From sequence record DRR378314_1401: a stretch of 39,078 nucleotides of DNA; one strand, written 5' to 3'. This document shows, piece by piece, positions 8,191 to 18,764 of this stretch. Positions within the stretch are counted from its first letter, which is position 1. The number at the start of each line of letters is the position of its first letter. A model generated the notes under the pieces. The model was not told the origin of the DNA. It did no database searches and saw only the letters and a program-made list of their open reading frames with translations. Both the position numbers and the translations under genes were made by a program.

Positions 8191-10056
8191 ATGACAGTAT
8201 ATGATGTAATTGTAATTGGGGGTGGACATGCGGGCTGTGAAGCCGCTGCTGCCGCTGCGCGAATGGGCGCAAAAACCCTGTTGCTGACCCACAAGCTTGA
8301 GACGATTGGTGCCATGTCCTGCAATCCTGCGATCGGGGGGTTGGGCAAAGGCCATCTGGTGCGCGAAATCGACGCGCTGGATGGGGTGATGGGCCGGGTA
8401 GCGGATGCGGCCGGGATCCAGTTTCGATTGCTCAACCGGCGAAAGGGACCAGCGGTTCGCGGACCCCGCGCTCAATCTGATCGCAAGCTCTATAAAGCGG
8501 CCATGCAGGCGGCTTTGGCAGATCAGGATAATCTGAGCATTCAGGCGGCGACCGTTGAAGACCTGATTGTCGAAAATGGGGAAGTCCTTGGTGTGATTAC
8601 CGGGGAGGGTACAAAAATCCGCTCTGGCAAGGTTATCCTGACGACAGGCACTTTTCTGCGCGGTCTTATCCATATGGGGGAACAGAAGATCCCCGCTGGC
8701 CGGATCGGGGATGATCCGTCAAATGGCCTATCTGTCACGCTGGAGCGGGCGGGCTTTGAACTTGGCCGATTGAAAACCGGAACACCTGCGCGCCTTGATG
8801 GAAAAACCATAAATTGGTCAGTGCTGGAAGAGCAGCCAGGAGATGCGGAACCGGTTCCGTTTTCGTTTTTGACCCGGAAGATCACAACCCCGCAAATCTG
8901 TTGCCATATCACCTATACTACGGAAAAAACCCACCAGGTTATTCGCGACAATCTTCATCGGGCGCCGATGTATTCCGGCGAGATTACCGGTACTGGACCG
9001 CGCTATTGCCCGTCTATTGAGGATAAGGTTGTTCGGTTTGCCGATAAGTCCAGCCATCAGATCTTCCTCGAACCGGAAGGGCTGGATGTGGACACGATTT
9101 ATCCCAATGGCATGTCGACATCGTTGCCGACAGACGTTCAGGTGCAGTTTCTGCGCTCTATCCCCGGATTGGAAAAAGTTGAGTTTTATCAACCCGGTTA
9201 CGCCATCGAATATGATTTTGTTGATCCTCGGGAACTGCGTCACACGCTGGAGACCCGGCGGCTCAAGAACCTATATCTCGCAGGTCAGATCAATGGCACA
9301 ACCGGCTATGAGGAAGCGGCCGCTCAGGGCTTGCTGGCGGGGCTGAACGCAGCCCGTGCTGCGGGTGGGGACGGGGCCTTTATTCTGGACCGGGCCGACG
9401 CCTATATGGGTGTGATGATTGATGATCTGGTGACACGCGGCACGCAGGAACCTTATCGGATGTTCACGTCCCGGGCAGAATATCGCCTGATCCTTCGGGC
9501 TGATAATGCGGACAGCCGATTGACTGGCCTCGGTCTTGAAGTTGGCTGTGTCGGATTGGAACGGCAACAGGCTTTTGAAACAAAACAGGCGGAACTCGCC
9601 TCTGCAAAAGCACTGTTTGCGGGCCTGAACATGACACCGAATGAAGCCCGATCAAAGGGTTTGAACGTGAACCAGGATGGGGTCCGGCGGTCTGCCTCAG
9701 ATCTGTTGGCCTATCCGGATATTGATCTGCAAAAGATTGCGGAGATTTGGCCCGAAACTGGTCAGTTTGATGCGGCTATCCTGGAGCAGGTGGCCATTGA
9801 TGCCCAATATAAAGGGTATCTGGATCGTCAGAAAGCGGACATTCGCGAATTCCGAAAAGATGAGGCATTAATTCTGCCCACCGGTTTGGATTATGACAAA
9901 ATCGGTGGATTATCTGCTGAGGTTTGTCAGAAGTTGAAAGATACCCGTCCTGATACCTTAGGGCAGGCAGCCCGCATTTCTGGCGTGACGCCTGCGGCGC
10001 TAACAGCTTTGCTTTCCTATGTGAAGCGGGGCGATCACCGGAAAATTGCTGGATAA
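8191..10056 (+). CDS. mnmG: tRNA uridine-5-carboxymethylaminomethyl(34) synthesis enzyme MnmG (GidA)
   Basis: [49 protein letters not shown]. Confidence 0.99.
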   Translation: MTVYDVIVIGGGHAGCEAAAAAARMGAKTLLLTHKLETIGAMSCNPAIGGLGKGHLVREIDALDGVMGRVADAAGIQFRLLNRRKGPAVRGPRAQSDRKLYKAAMQAALADQDNLSIQAATVEDLIVENGEVLGVITGEGTKIRSGKVILTTGTFLRGLIHMGEQKIPAGRIGDDPSNGLSVTLERAGFELGRLKTGTPARLDGKTINWSVLEEQPGDAEPVPFSFLTRKITTPQICCHITYTTEKTHQVIRDNLHRAPMYSGEITGTGPRYCPSIEDKVVRFADKSSHQIFLEPEGLDVDTIYPNGMSTSLPTDVQVQFLRSIPGLEKVEFYQPGYAIEYDFVDPRELRHTLETRRLKNLYLAGQINGTTGYEEAAAQGLLAGLNAARAAGGDGAFILDRADAYMGVMIDDLVTRGTQEPYRMFTSRAEYRLILRADNADSRLTGLGLEVGCVGLERQQAFETKQAELASAKALFAGLNMTPNEARSKGLNVNQDGVRRSASDLLAYPDIDLQKIAEIWPETGQFDAAILEQVAIDAQYKGYLDRQKADIREFRKDEALILPTGLDYDKIGGLSAEVCQKLKDTRPDTLGQAARISGVTPAALTALLSYVKRGDHRKIAG

Positions 10057-10065
10057 CTGCTAATT

Positions 10066-10671
10066 ATGTCTATACAGGAATTTCAGCGGTTAACGGGTGT
10101 TTCACGTGAAACACTGGAAAAACTGGAAATCTATGTGGCGCTGCTGACCAAATGGCAAAAAGCCATTAACCTGGTCAGCAAGTCTACCTTGCCCGATGTG
10201 TGGATCCGGCATATTCTGGATAGCTATCAGGTGATCCAATATGGCTCGACGACAAAATCCACCTGGGTGGATATGGGAAGTGGGGCTGGCTTTCCTGCAT
10301 TGGTGGTCGCAATGGCCACAGATCACCAGGTTCATGTGATGGAAAGTGATCTTCGAAAATGCCAATTTATGCGTGAAGTTTCACGTGAAACATCCACACC
10401 GATCACTGTTCATACAAAAAGAATTGAGGCGATTGAGCCCTTTGATGCGGATGTTATTTCGGCCAGAGCGCTGGCATCGCTGGATAAACTGCTCAATTTC
10501 AGTCAGAGTTTTGCGACCGAAAAAACAACATTTTTGTTTTTAAAAGGACAAGATGTAGATGCGGAATTGACCAATGCCGCAAAATGTTGGAGTATGGAGG
10601 CCAATAAACACTCCAGTTTATCCAGTTCTGAGGGCTGCATTCTGCAATTGAGGAATGTCCGCCCGCTTTAG
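10066..10671 (+). CDS. rsmG: 16S rRNA m7G527 methyltransferase RsmG (GidB)
   Basis: KWQKAINLV, RHILDS, DMGSGAGFP, SARALA; lies between mnmG and parA. Confidence 0.97.
   Translation: MSIQEFQRLTGVSRETLEKLEIYVALLTKWQKAINLVSKSTLPDVWIRHILDSYQVIQYGSTTKSTWVDMGSGAGFPALVVAMATDHQVHVMESDLRKCQFMREVSRETSTPITVHTKRIEAIEPFDADVISARALASLDKLLNFSQSFATEKTTFLFLKGQDVDAELTNAAKCWSMEANKHSSLSSSEGCILQLRNVRPL
10098..10113. promoter_or_regulatory. parS: parS site inside rsmG (5')
   Basis: Perfect TGTTTCACGTGAAACA, encoding VSRET. Confidence 0.93.
10377..10392. promoter_or_regulatory. parS: parS site inside rsmG (middle)
   Basis: AGTTTCACGTGAAACA (15/16), encoding a second VSRET. Confidence 0.85.
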
Positions 10672-10685
10672 CACAGGGGGCGAGT

Positions 10686-11489
10686 ATGGAAGAACTTCGC
10701 ATCGTTGGTTCCTCAAGAATTCTGGCAATCGCCAATCAAAAGGGTGGGGTTGGCAAAACAACAACCGCCATTAATCTGGCAACTGCCTTGGCAGCGGTTG
10801 GAAAAACCGTCCTGATCATTGATATCGACCCGCAAGGCAATGCCAGCACGGGCCTTGGAATTGATCGTCATGCCCGGGAAAATAACGTGTATGACGTCAT
10901 CATGGGGGACATTCCCATGAAAACAGCGATTTGCAAAAGCGTTATCCCCAATCTGGATCTGGTTCCCTCAACCGCCGATCTGACCGGTGCAGAACTGGAA
11001 CTGATTGAGATGCCGCACCGCAGTCATCGACTGATCATGGCGCTGGAAGCGGTCAAATCAGACTATGATTACATTCTGATTGATTGTCCGCCTTCCTTGA
11101 ACCTGCTAACGTTGAACGCATTAGTGGCGGTCCAGTCTGTTATTGTGCCGTTGCAATGCGAGTTTTTTGCTTTGGAAGGCCTGAGTTTGCTGATTAAAAC
11201 CATCGAGCGGGTCAAAACCACCCTGAACCCACAGCTGGAAATTCAGGGTGTGGTCTTGACCATGTTTGATCGCCGCAACAGATTATCTGATCAGGTAGCC
11301 CAGGATGTTCGGGATTATCTGGGAGATAAGGTTTATCAGACCGTAATTCCCCGAAATGTTCGGGTTTCTGAGGCCCCAAGCCACGGCAAACCGGCCCTGA
11401 TCTATGATCACAGATGTGCTGGCAGCCAGGCTTATATCAAATTGGCCAGCGAAGTGATTAAACGGGAAAAAAGTCAGTTTGCAGCCTGA
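10686..11489 (+). CDS. parA: Chromosome partitioning ATPase ParA
   Basis: NQKGGVGKTTT, DIDPQGNAST, DCPPS, IPRNVRVSEAPSHG. Confidence 0.98.
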   Translation: MEELRIVGSSRILAIANQKGGVGKTTTAINLATALAAVGKTVLIIDIDPQGNASTGLGIDRHARENNVYDVIMGDIPMKTAICKSVIPNLDLVPSTADLTGAELELIEMPHRSHRLIMALEAVKSDYDYILIDCPPSLNLLTLNALVAVQSVIVPLQCEFFALEGLSLLIKTIERVKTTLNPQLEIQGVVLTMFDRRNRLSDQVAQDVRDYLGDKVYQTVIPRNVRVSEAPSHGKPALIYDHRCAGSQAYIKLASEVIKREKSQFAA

Positions 11490-11507
11490 TAAATGGATTG
11501 AATTTTC

Positions 11508-12455
11508 ATGTCTGAAGATGCAGGAAAAAAGAAATTGGGACGCGGTTTATCCGCCCTTTTGGGCGATGATGTAGCAGCAGACTACACGGAATTGGATAAA
11601 ATACGGACTTCCAAGGAGGTCCCGGTTGAACAGCTTCATCCAAGTCCGTTTCAGCCCCGTCAGCTGTGGGATCAGGAAGCTTTGGAAAGTCTTGCTGATT
11701 CCATCGCAGAAAAGGGGATGTTGCAGCCGATACTGGTCCGCCGGGATCCCACCGGTAATGGAACCTTTGAAATTATTGCCGGTGAACGCCGCTGGCGGGC
11801 TGCTCAGATCGCGCAACTTCATGAAGTCCCGGTCATTATTAAGGAATTAAGCGATTCCGATAGTATGGAAATCGCGATTATCGAGAATATCCAGCGGGAG
11901 GACCTGTCTTCGATTGAGGAGGCAGAAGGATATAAGCGTCTGATCGATGAATATGGATATACCCAGGACCAAATGGCCAAACATCTGGGGAAAAGCCGGT
12001 CGCATATTGCCAATACCATGCGCTTGTTATCTCTGCCTGAAGCTGTGCAGGAAATGGTCAACCAGAAAGAACTGAGCGCCGGGGCGGCCCGCGCCATTCT
12101 GATGGCGAATAATCCTGAGGCATTGGCCCGCAAAGCCGTCAATGAAGGGCTTTCAGTTCGCGAAATTGAGAAAATCGTCAGCAAAAAACCGGCAAATAGA
12201 GCGAGCTCTGCGTCCCGGAGTACGAAAGATCAGGATACGCTCGCTCTAGAAGGGGATTTATCGGCGGCAATTGGCATGAAAGTTGCCATTTCGCACAAGA
12301 CCAGCGGAGTTGGGCAGATCTCAATTTCTTATGATCATCTGGATCAGTTGGACGATATTTGCCGGAGACTTACCCGTAATACGGTGAATGAACTGTATGA
12401 AGAAGATGAATTTGAGGAAGATCCATCCTCTGCTTTAGACGAAGATTTCCATTAA
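11508..12455 (+). CDS. parB: Chromosome partitioning protein ParB
   Basis: LGRGLSALL, AGERRWRAA, IENIQREDL, HTH KSRSHIANTMRLL. Confidence 0.98.
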   Translation: MSEDAGKKKLGRGLSALLGDDVAADYTELDKIRTSKEVPVEQLHPSPFQPRQLWDQEALESLADSIAEKGMLQPILVRRDPTGNGTFEIIAGERRWRAAQIAQLHEVPVIIKELSDSDSMEIAIIENIQREDLSSIEEAEGYKRLIDEYGYTQDQMAKHLGKSRSHIANTMRLLSLPEAVQEMVNQKELSAGAARAILMANNPEALARKAVNEGLSVREIEKIVSKKPANRASSASRSTKDQDTLALEGDLSAAIGMKVAISHKTSGVGQISISYDHLDQLDDICRRLTRNTVNELYEEDEFEEDPSSALDEDFH

Positions 12456-12465
12456 AATCAATATG

Positions 12466-13485
12466 TTACCGGGTTCTATTAGCCATAGAGACGCGCATTA
12501 AAGCGCGTCGGCACAAGGTTTCGGCGGAAGCACCTGTTTTTTTACATTCTATCTCTGCCTGTAGAATAATCTCCAGGCATCGAGTGAAATGAAGGCTAGG
12601 CCGGTTGCCGATTTGGCTTTGAGCTTTATTTTGATTGAACGGCGGGATGCCCGCTTTTTTCACTGCGATATTAAGAGGGTTTCCCTTTTCTTTGAGAGCT
12701 GCCGCTTTATGCAGCTGTTTTAATTGGCCCTGCAGCATCCGAAGAAAGGTAATCGGAGACTCGCCGGCGAAAAATGCTTTATCCATGGATTTCTCAAGCC
12801 CGGCCAAATTCCCCAGCAGAGTTGCATCCAGAACATCAAATACACTTTCAGCAGAGCTATCGCCAATAATCTGGCGGACATCATCCAGGATCAGGGGTGA
12901 TTTATCTGCGCCTTTGTAAAGTACCAGCTTATCCAGTTCCTGGCGGGAAATTGCACGGTCATTGCCAAGGGAGGATCTGAGATATTCCTGAACATCAGGG
13001 GAGACGGATAAGTTAGCTTTTCCAAGGACTTCGGTAATCAGACCGGCAATATCCTGAGCCCGATCGTGATAACAGGCCATGGTAATTCCAAATTTAAGTC
13101 CGTTCACAGATTTGACGAGGGCCGCTGTCTTTTTTAGATCCCCGGCCTCTATGATGAATAGGGTTTTGGAAAAATCCGCATCGAAAACGGCCTGTATCAT
13201 TTTGGCATGTGCATTGGTGACGCCGCGCAGGCGAACAACCCGTTCATCGCCGATCATGGAAATGGCTTCAATTTCATCGCGGATCCGGGCTGGATCTCCT
13301 TCAAGCTGGCTGGCTTCCAATTCACTATAGGCAAACGGATCATCCAGGCTTTGAAGAACGGTGAGGGCAATTTTTTTTCCACTTTCGCGGATTAAACCTT
13401 CATCCTGGCCATAGATCAAAAACAGCCTAAAGGCTTTGTCAGGTGATTTTAAAAAGCTGGTAAGTTGCGCCGGTCTAAATTCCAT
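12466..13485 (-). CDS. holA: DNA polymerase III subunit delta
   Basis: LIYGQDEGLIRE, RQELDKLVLY, AEIECKKTG; sits in the leuS-lptE-holA order. Confidence 0.92.
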   Translation of the reverse strand: MEFRPAQLTSFLKSPDKAFRLFLIYGQDEGLIRESGKKIALTVLQSLDDPFAYSELEASQLEGDPARIRDEIEAISMIGDERVVRLRGVTNAHAKMIQAVFDADFSKTLFIIEAGDLKKTAALVKSVNGLKFGITMACYHDRAQDIAGLITEVLGKANLSVSPDVQEYLRSSLGNDRAISRQELDKLVLYKGADKSPLILDDVRQIIGDSSAESVFDVLDATLLGNLAGLEKSMDKAFFAGESPITFLRMLQGQLKQLHKAAALKEKGNPLNIAVKKAGIPPFNQNKAQSQIGNRPSLHFTRCLEIILQAEIECKKTGASAETLCRRALMRVSMANRTR

Positions 13486-13490
13486 CTGGC

Positions 13491-13985
13491 CTACCGGGAC
13501 AGAAAAACGGACAACTGGCGATGGATTTCTTCAGCGATCACGATGGCGGATCGTTTCTGCGCATTCTTTTCAGCAGACAAGTTGGCAAAATCAGATTCCA
13601 CCACATTATAGGAGGCAACAGATTGGGCGCTTCCTTTGTAAACCGCCTTTTTCCCTGCCGAATCCAAAAGCGTATAAGTGCCAATAAGAGTCAAGTTATA
13701 GCGGTTGGTTGAATCCGATTTATCTATGGCAAGGCCTTGTTTTACTTCCCGTAAATTGATCTTCAACTGGTAAAGCGCGCGGCTTGGAAGGCCCTTTGGG
13801 CTGACCCGATCCAAAAGCTCGTTGCGCAGGATTTGGCCAGTGCGTCCTTCAATTGGCAATATATAAGTCTGGTCAAGGGCGGCAACAACCTTGGCGTTCT
13901 GGGTTTGCCGCCCATACAGGGGCTGAAAGCCACAGGATGCAACCGTAAGAAGTATTGCGCATATGAGGATTAATCTAGATAACAA
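13491..13985 (-). CDS. lptE: LPS assembly lipoprotein LptE
   Basis: Lipobox VASC followed by GFQPLYG; lies between leuS and holA. Confidence 0.88.
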   Translation of the reverse strand: MLSRLILICAILLTVASCGFQPLYGRQTQNAKVVAALDQTYILPIEGRTGQILRNELLDRVSPKGLPSRALYQLKINLREVKQGLAIDKSDSTNRYNLTLIGTYTLLDSAGKKAVYKGSAQSVASYNVVESDFANLSAEKNAQKRSAIVIAEEIHRQLSVFLSR

Positions 13986-16533
13986 TGTTTACAATCCGGT
14001 TTGGCACCACAATCACTTTGCGGATCTGGTTCTCACCTATGGCCCGCTGAACCGGCTCAAGCGCCAGCGCCAGCGCTTCGACTTTTGCCTTGTCTTCATC
14101 CTTGGCTATTTCCAAAGTTCCGCGAAGCTTTCCCTTCACCTGAACGGCAACGGTAACTGTATCATCCACGGTCAATTCCGCAATGACAGTCGGCCAGGGG
14201 GCATCGGCAAGCAAGGTCGAATGGCCCAGAATTTCCCACAGCTCTTCTGCTAAATGCGGCATCATGGGCCCGATCATGGAAACCATGACTTCCATGGCTT
14301 CGCGCAGCGCCCAGGCACCAGCCTCATCAGCGGGGGTAAATTCGGCCAGGGCCTTCATATATTCATAAATTCGGGCAATGGCTGTATTGAAATGTAGTTT
14401 TTCAATACTATCGGTAACCAGGCTCAGCGCTTTATGGGTTTCTTTTCGAAGGGCCAGAGCCTCTGCCCCCATATTGGAAGGGGTATCCGTTCCAGACGGC
14501 GCTGATTTATCCACATTTTCAGTAATGAACCGATAGAGGCGTTGTTTAAACCGCCAGGCGCCTGTCGCCCCGGCATCTGTCCATTCCATGTCGCGATCTG
14601 GTGGGCTGTCCGAAAGAACAAACCAGCGGGCTGCATCGGCCCCGAATTTATCGATAATTTCTGCCGGATCGACGACATTTTTCTTGGATTTGGACATCTT
14701 TTCGACGCCGCCAACGGTAACCGTCTCGCCCGTCTCCACATGAACAAATTCGCCGGCATCGTTGGTGACAACATCTTGCGGCAATAACCATTCACCCGAT
14801 TGGCTGCGATAGGTTTCATGGGTGACCATACCTTGCGTGAAGAGACCTGCAAACGGCTCGGGCAGGTCAATGGCGCCGGTTACGGTCATGGCCCGTGTGA
14901 AAAAGCGCGAATAAAGCAAATGCAGGATCGCATGTTCAATGCCACCGATATATTGATCAACTGGCAACCAGTAATCCACATCGTCCCGATTAACAGGATC
15001 GTCGTTGCGCGGTGAGCAGAAACGGGCAAAATACCAGGAACTGTCGACGAAAGTATCCATGGTATCTGTTTCCCGGGTGGCATCTGCCCCACAGGACGGA
15101 CAGGAGACCTGTTTCCAGGTGGGGTGATGATCAAGCGGGTTGCCAGGCTTATCAAAGGTCACATCATCGGGAAGGACAACTGGCAGGTTTTCAGCCTTTT
15201 CCGGCACCGTGCCGCATGCCGGGCAATGAACAACCGGAATAGGGCAACCCCAGTATCGTTGCCGCGAAAGGCCCCAATCCCGAAGTCGGTAGTTAATTGT
15301 TTCGGATCCGATATCAAGTTCAGAGAGTTTGGCAATTGCGGCCGTTTTGGCGGCTTCAACATCCAGACCGTTGAGAAACTCAGAATTGATAATTTCACCA
15401 GGGCCGATATAGGGCCCGTCTATCAAAGGGCCGGTTTCCTGATCAGGGCCGGCAACCACGCGGGCAATGTCCAACCCGTATTTGGTTGCAAATTCAAAAT
15501 CCCGCTGATCATGACCGGGGCAGCCGAAAATGGCGCCGGTTCCATAATCCATCAGCACAAAATTGGCCACATAAACAGGCAGGGTTTTGCCCTCGATAAA
15601 CGGATGATCAGTTGTAAGACCGGTATCCACACCCTTTTTCTCTGCTTTTTCGATGGCTTCTTCGCTGGTTCCCATGCGATGACACTCAGCCACAAAGTCG
15701 GCAATTGCCGGATTGTCTTTTGCCAGTTTCTGCGTCAGGGGATGATCCGCCGCGACCGCCATAAAGCTGGCTCCAAACAGGGTATCTGGCCGGGTGGTGT
15801 ATATTTCAAGGGCGTTCTGTTGTCCGGTCAGTTTGAAATTAACCCGGGCACCGGAGGATTTTCCGATCCAGTTTTCCTGCATCAGGCGGACCCGCTCTGG
15901 CCAGCGATCCAGGGTTTGCAGACTGTCCAGCAACCCTTCACTATAATCAGAGATGCGGAACATCCATTGGTTCAGTTTGCGTTTTTCAACCAATGCGCCG
16001 GACCGCCATCCGCGGCCATCAATAACCTGTTCATTGGCCAGTACCGTCATGTCGACGGGATCCCAGTTGACCCAGCTTTCTTTTCGGTAAACCAGACCTT
16101 TGTCGAGAAAATCGAGAAAGAGTTCCTGTTGCTTGCCATAATAACCCGGATGGCAGGTCGCCAGTTCTTTGCTCCAATCCAGGGAGAGGCCCATGGATTT
16201 CAGCTCTTTGCGCATATTGGCGATGTTGGCATATGTCCATTCTGCCGGGTGGATTTTCTTATCCCGCGCGGCGTTTTCAGCCGGCAGTCCAAAGGCGTCC
16301 CACCCCATTGGGTGAAGCACGTTAAACCCACGGGCCCGCTTGAAGCGGGCGACCACATCGCCCATGGTGTAATTTCTCACATGTCCGATATGGATGTTGC
16401 CTGACGGGTAGGGGAACATCTCCAGCACATAATATTTGGGTCTGGATGTGTCCGTCTCGGACTTAAACGTCTGTTCGGTTTCCCAGGCTGTCTGCCATTT
16501 GGCCTCAACCTCTCTTGCATTATAACGGGACAT
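13975..16533 (-). CDS. leuS: Leucine--tRNA ligase
   Basis: [28 protein letters not shown], editing domain [15 protein letters not shown]. Confidence 0.99.
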   Translation of the reverse strand: MSRYNAREVEAKWQTAWETEQTFKSETDTSRPKYYVLEMFPYPSGNIHIGHVRNYTMGDVVARFKRARGFNVLHPMGWDAFGLPAENAARDKKIHPAEWTYANIANMRKELKSMGLSLDWSKELATCHPGYYGKQQELFLDFLDKGLVYRKESWVNWDPVDMTVLANEQVIDGRGWRSGALVEKRKLNQWMFRISDYSEGLLDSLQTLDRWPERVRLMQENWIGKSSGARVNFKLTGQQNALEIYTTRPDTLFGASFMAVAADHPLTQKLAKDNPAIADFVAECHRMGTSEEAIEKAEKKGVDTGLTTDHPFIEGKTLPVYVANFVLMDYGTGAIFGCPGHDQRDFEFATKYGLDIARVVAGPDQETGPLIDGPYIGPGEIINSEFLNGLDVEAAKTAAIAKLSELDIGSETINYRLRDWGLSRQRYWGCPIPVVHCPACGTVPEKAENLPVVLPDDVTFDKPGNPLDHHPTWKQVSCPSCGADATRETDTMDTFVDSSWYFARFCSPRNDDPVNRDDVDYWLPVDQYIGGIEHAILHLLYSRFFTRAMTVTGAIDLPEPFAGLFTQGMVTHETYRSQSGEWLLPQDVVTNDAGEFVHVETGETVTVGGVEKMSKSKKNVVDPAEIIDKFGADAARWFVLSDSPPDRDMEWTDAGATGAWRFKQRLYRFITENVDKSAPSGTDTPSNMGAEALALRKETHKALSLVTDSIEKLHFNTAIARIYEYMKALAEFTPADEAGAWALREAMEVMVSMIGPMMPHLAEELWEILGHSTLLADAPWPTVIAELTVDDTVTVAVQVKGKLRGTLEIAKDEDKAKVEALALALEPVQRAIGENQIRKVIVVPNRIVNIVI

Positions 16534-16607
16534 ATTGCCTATCGGATCCGTATCTTCTGTAACTGTTGACTAAAATCTCTGACTATAGGGCGATCAAACT
16601 GTCCGTT

Positions 16608-17165
16608 TTATTCGCCTTCGCGGGTGATGCGCAGCTCACGGGCTCGTCGCAGGATCGCATTTTCCAGATTGGTAATAGTTTTCGGGGTCAGTTCCACCGG
16701 AACCCAATTATTGGTGCTATCCAAATTCTGTTTAAAGGCGGAAACCCGAACACCATCGGCGCGCAGTCGGCGATCCAGGATATAGACGGTAACCTTGAAC
16801 CGTTCGCCGGGAGATTCTGCAGGTGTGTACCAGTCGGTGATAATGACACCCCCAAACGGATCTGCAGAACTTAAGGGCATGAAGGAGAGTGTATCCAGAG
16901 ACGCACGCCACAGGTAGCCATTAACGCCGATACCACTACCGCCCTGGTTCTGTTCCAGAGATTTTCCACTTCCCAGAATACCGCCGTCCCCAAAGATGGT
17001 GTCCCGTTCTTGGCTACGCCCACCCGGGAAGACCTGACCGGAGGGACCAGATTCAGGAAAGCTGGAATCCGTACCAAGATCGCTACTGCAACTGGAAAGG
17101 AGGAAGAGACTTAACACTCCAAGAGCTGCATATTTAAAACTGCAATTCCGTATCCGCGATTTCAT
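16608..17165 (-). CDS. DUF3576 lipoprotein
   Basis: VNGYLWRASLDTLSFMPLSSADPFGGVIITDWY; lipobox LSSC; RBS GAGGAA before ATG 17165. Confidence 0.85.
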   Translation of the reverse strand: MKSRIRNCSFKYAALGVLSLFLLSSCSSDLGTDSSFPESGPSGQVFPGGRSQERDTIFGDGGILGSGKSLEQNQGGSGIGVNGYLWRASLDTLSFMPLSSADPFGGVIITDWYTPAESPGERFKVTVYILDRRLRADGVRVSAFKQNLDSTNNWVPVELTPKTITNLENAILRRARELRITREGE

Positions 17166-17600
17166 AGTGGTTGAATTCCTCTTTTCCTTCGTTTTAATCC
17201 GGCCTGTCCGTATCAATTTGCCTGCCGGGATCAATATCGGATTCAAAAGCAGCGCCAGTCTAAAGCAGGATCTGGGCCACGACAATAACTGAAAGGGGGA
17301 CTTTCTGCTGTTTTTCCCTGCTCTTTGTAAAAAACACTAAATATAGAGGGTTTCGGTTGAATAGACACACTGTTTAGCGGTTTTCCCTCAAATCTGCCAG
17401 GACCTTGATCTCAGCACTGTTGCAGCTTTGTGACTTTTTAAGCACAGTTTATTTAAAACAGGAAAAACGCAATAGGTCCATTGCTTGACCGCTGAGGGGT
17501 TAAAGTCTTTTATTCAACTTGGCTAACAAGGCCACCGTGCCTTGCGTCGTTTATTTCAAATACTATTTTCTCTAGCTTTCATGAGCAGAGGGGAGACAAA

Positions 17601-18653
17601 ATGAAAAAAGTAATCTTGGGCACAACAGCTTTGGTAGCTGCAAGTGCACTCACAGCAGGCACAGCTTCTGCTGCTGAAAAAATCAAACTCGGCCTCGGTG
17701 GTTACCTGCAGACATCTTTCGTAGCTGGTAGCTATGACGATGGCGATCAGTTGCCAACAGACATTCGCCATGAAGGCGAAGTTTTCTTCATGGGTTCTAC
17801 AACACTGGACAATGGTCTGACATTCGGTGTCAACATCCAGTTGGAAGCTCGTCAAGACGGTGACCAGGTTGACGAAACATACATGTATGTTGACGGCTCT
17901 TTCGGTCGTGTTCTGTTCGGTGCTGAAAACTCATCATCTTACCTGATGCATTATGCTTCACCATCACCAGTTCCTGCTTGGGGCCTGTCTTCACCTAATG
18001 CTGACGCATCTGGCATGGGCGTAAACCCATCCACATACACAAACGGCATCAGCGACGCTGACAAAATCACTTACTTCACACCACGTTTCTCTGGCTTCCA
18101 GTTCGGTGTTTCTTACACACCTGACACTGACGTAGAAACTGGTAACGGTAAATCACCTTACTCAGTAATCCAAGACGAAGGTCTTTCTGACGAAGGTTAC
18201 TCAATCGGTGCCAACTACCAGGGCAAATTCAGCTCTGTAGGTCTTCGCGCATCTTTGGGTTATGAGCTTCAGACAAGTGATACTGGTGAAGATGAAGACG
18301 AAATCAACGCTGGTATCGGCATTGATGTTGCTGGATTCTCTATCGGTGCAGCTTACAAAATGACTGACAACGACGGTAACGTTAATGACGAAGAGCGTCA
18401 TGACTATAACCTTGGTCTGACATACGGCATGGGCCCATGGAAAATTGGTATCCAGTATGCAGGTGTCGATCTTGACGACGCATCTGACGGACATCTTGAT
18501 GCAGTTGTTGTCGGTGGCCAATACGTTCTCGGCCCAGGAATTACTGCTTTCGGTGGTGTCCAGTTCTGGAGCGCCGATAAAGATATTGCAGCTGCTGCCT
18601 CTACAGGTAACGACGCAACACTGTTCTTCGTAGGTACAGCTCTGTCCTTCTAA
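17601..18653 (+). CDS. Outer-membrane porin (Gram-negative porin family)
   Basis: Signal peptide ending ASA-A, TTLDNGLTFGVNIQLE, KITYFTPRFSGFQFGVSY, C-terminal F; strong high-expression codon bias; RBS GGGGAG. Confidence 0.92.
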   Translation: MKKVILGTTALVAASALTAGTASAAEKIKLGLGGYLQTSFVAGSYDDGDQLPTDIRHEGEVFFMGSTTLDNGLTFGVNIQLEARQDGDQVDETYMYVDGSFGRVLFGAENSSSYLMHYASPSPVPAWGLSSPNADASGMGVNPSTYTNGISDADKITYFTPRFSGFQFGVSYTPDTDVETGNGKSPYSVIQDEGLSDEGYSIGANYQGKFSSVGLRASLGYELQTSDTGEDEDEINAGIGIDVAGFSIGAAYKMTDNDGNVNDEERHDYNLGLTYGMGPWKIGIQYAGVDLDDASDGHLDAVVVGGQYVLGPGITAFGGVQFWSADKDIAAAASTGNDATLFFVGTALSF

Positions 18654-18678
18654 TCTTAGAAGCACAAGTTGAGACATT

Positions 18679-18708
18679 AAGGGGTGGCGATTTCGCCGCC
18701 CCTTTTTT
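18679..18708 (+). terminator. Intrinsic terminator of the porin gene
   Basis: AAGGGGTGGCGA-TT-TCGCCGCCCC followed by T6. Confidence 0.9.
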
Positions 18709-18764
18709 ATTGAAGAAAGACCTGCTTTTCCCTTAAATTGGCGAGATTCGAAGGGGAGAGTTTT

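Noticed and set aside
7804-8673. 289-aa minus-strand ORF spanning the mnmE/mnmG junction
   Set aside because: Antisense to two conserved genes; its FHVKQ simply reflects the parS palindrome.
14507-14515. Perfect DnaA box TTATCCACA (near-matches at 2721 and 33001)
   Set aside because: Isolated and inside leuS with no clustering, so oriC is not called here. It more likely lies just outside the window upstream of rho (inference from the usual hemE-linked origin).
15124-16404. 426-aa plus-strand ORF antisense to leuS
   Set aside because: It lies wholly within leuS on the opposite strand with no recognisable motif; a typical shadow ORF from codon bias.
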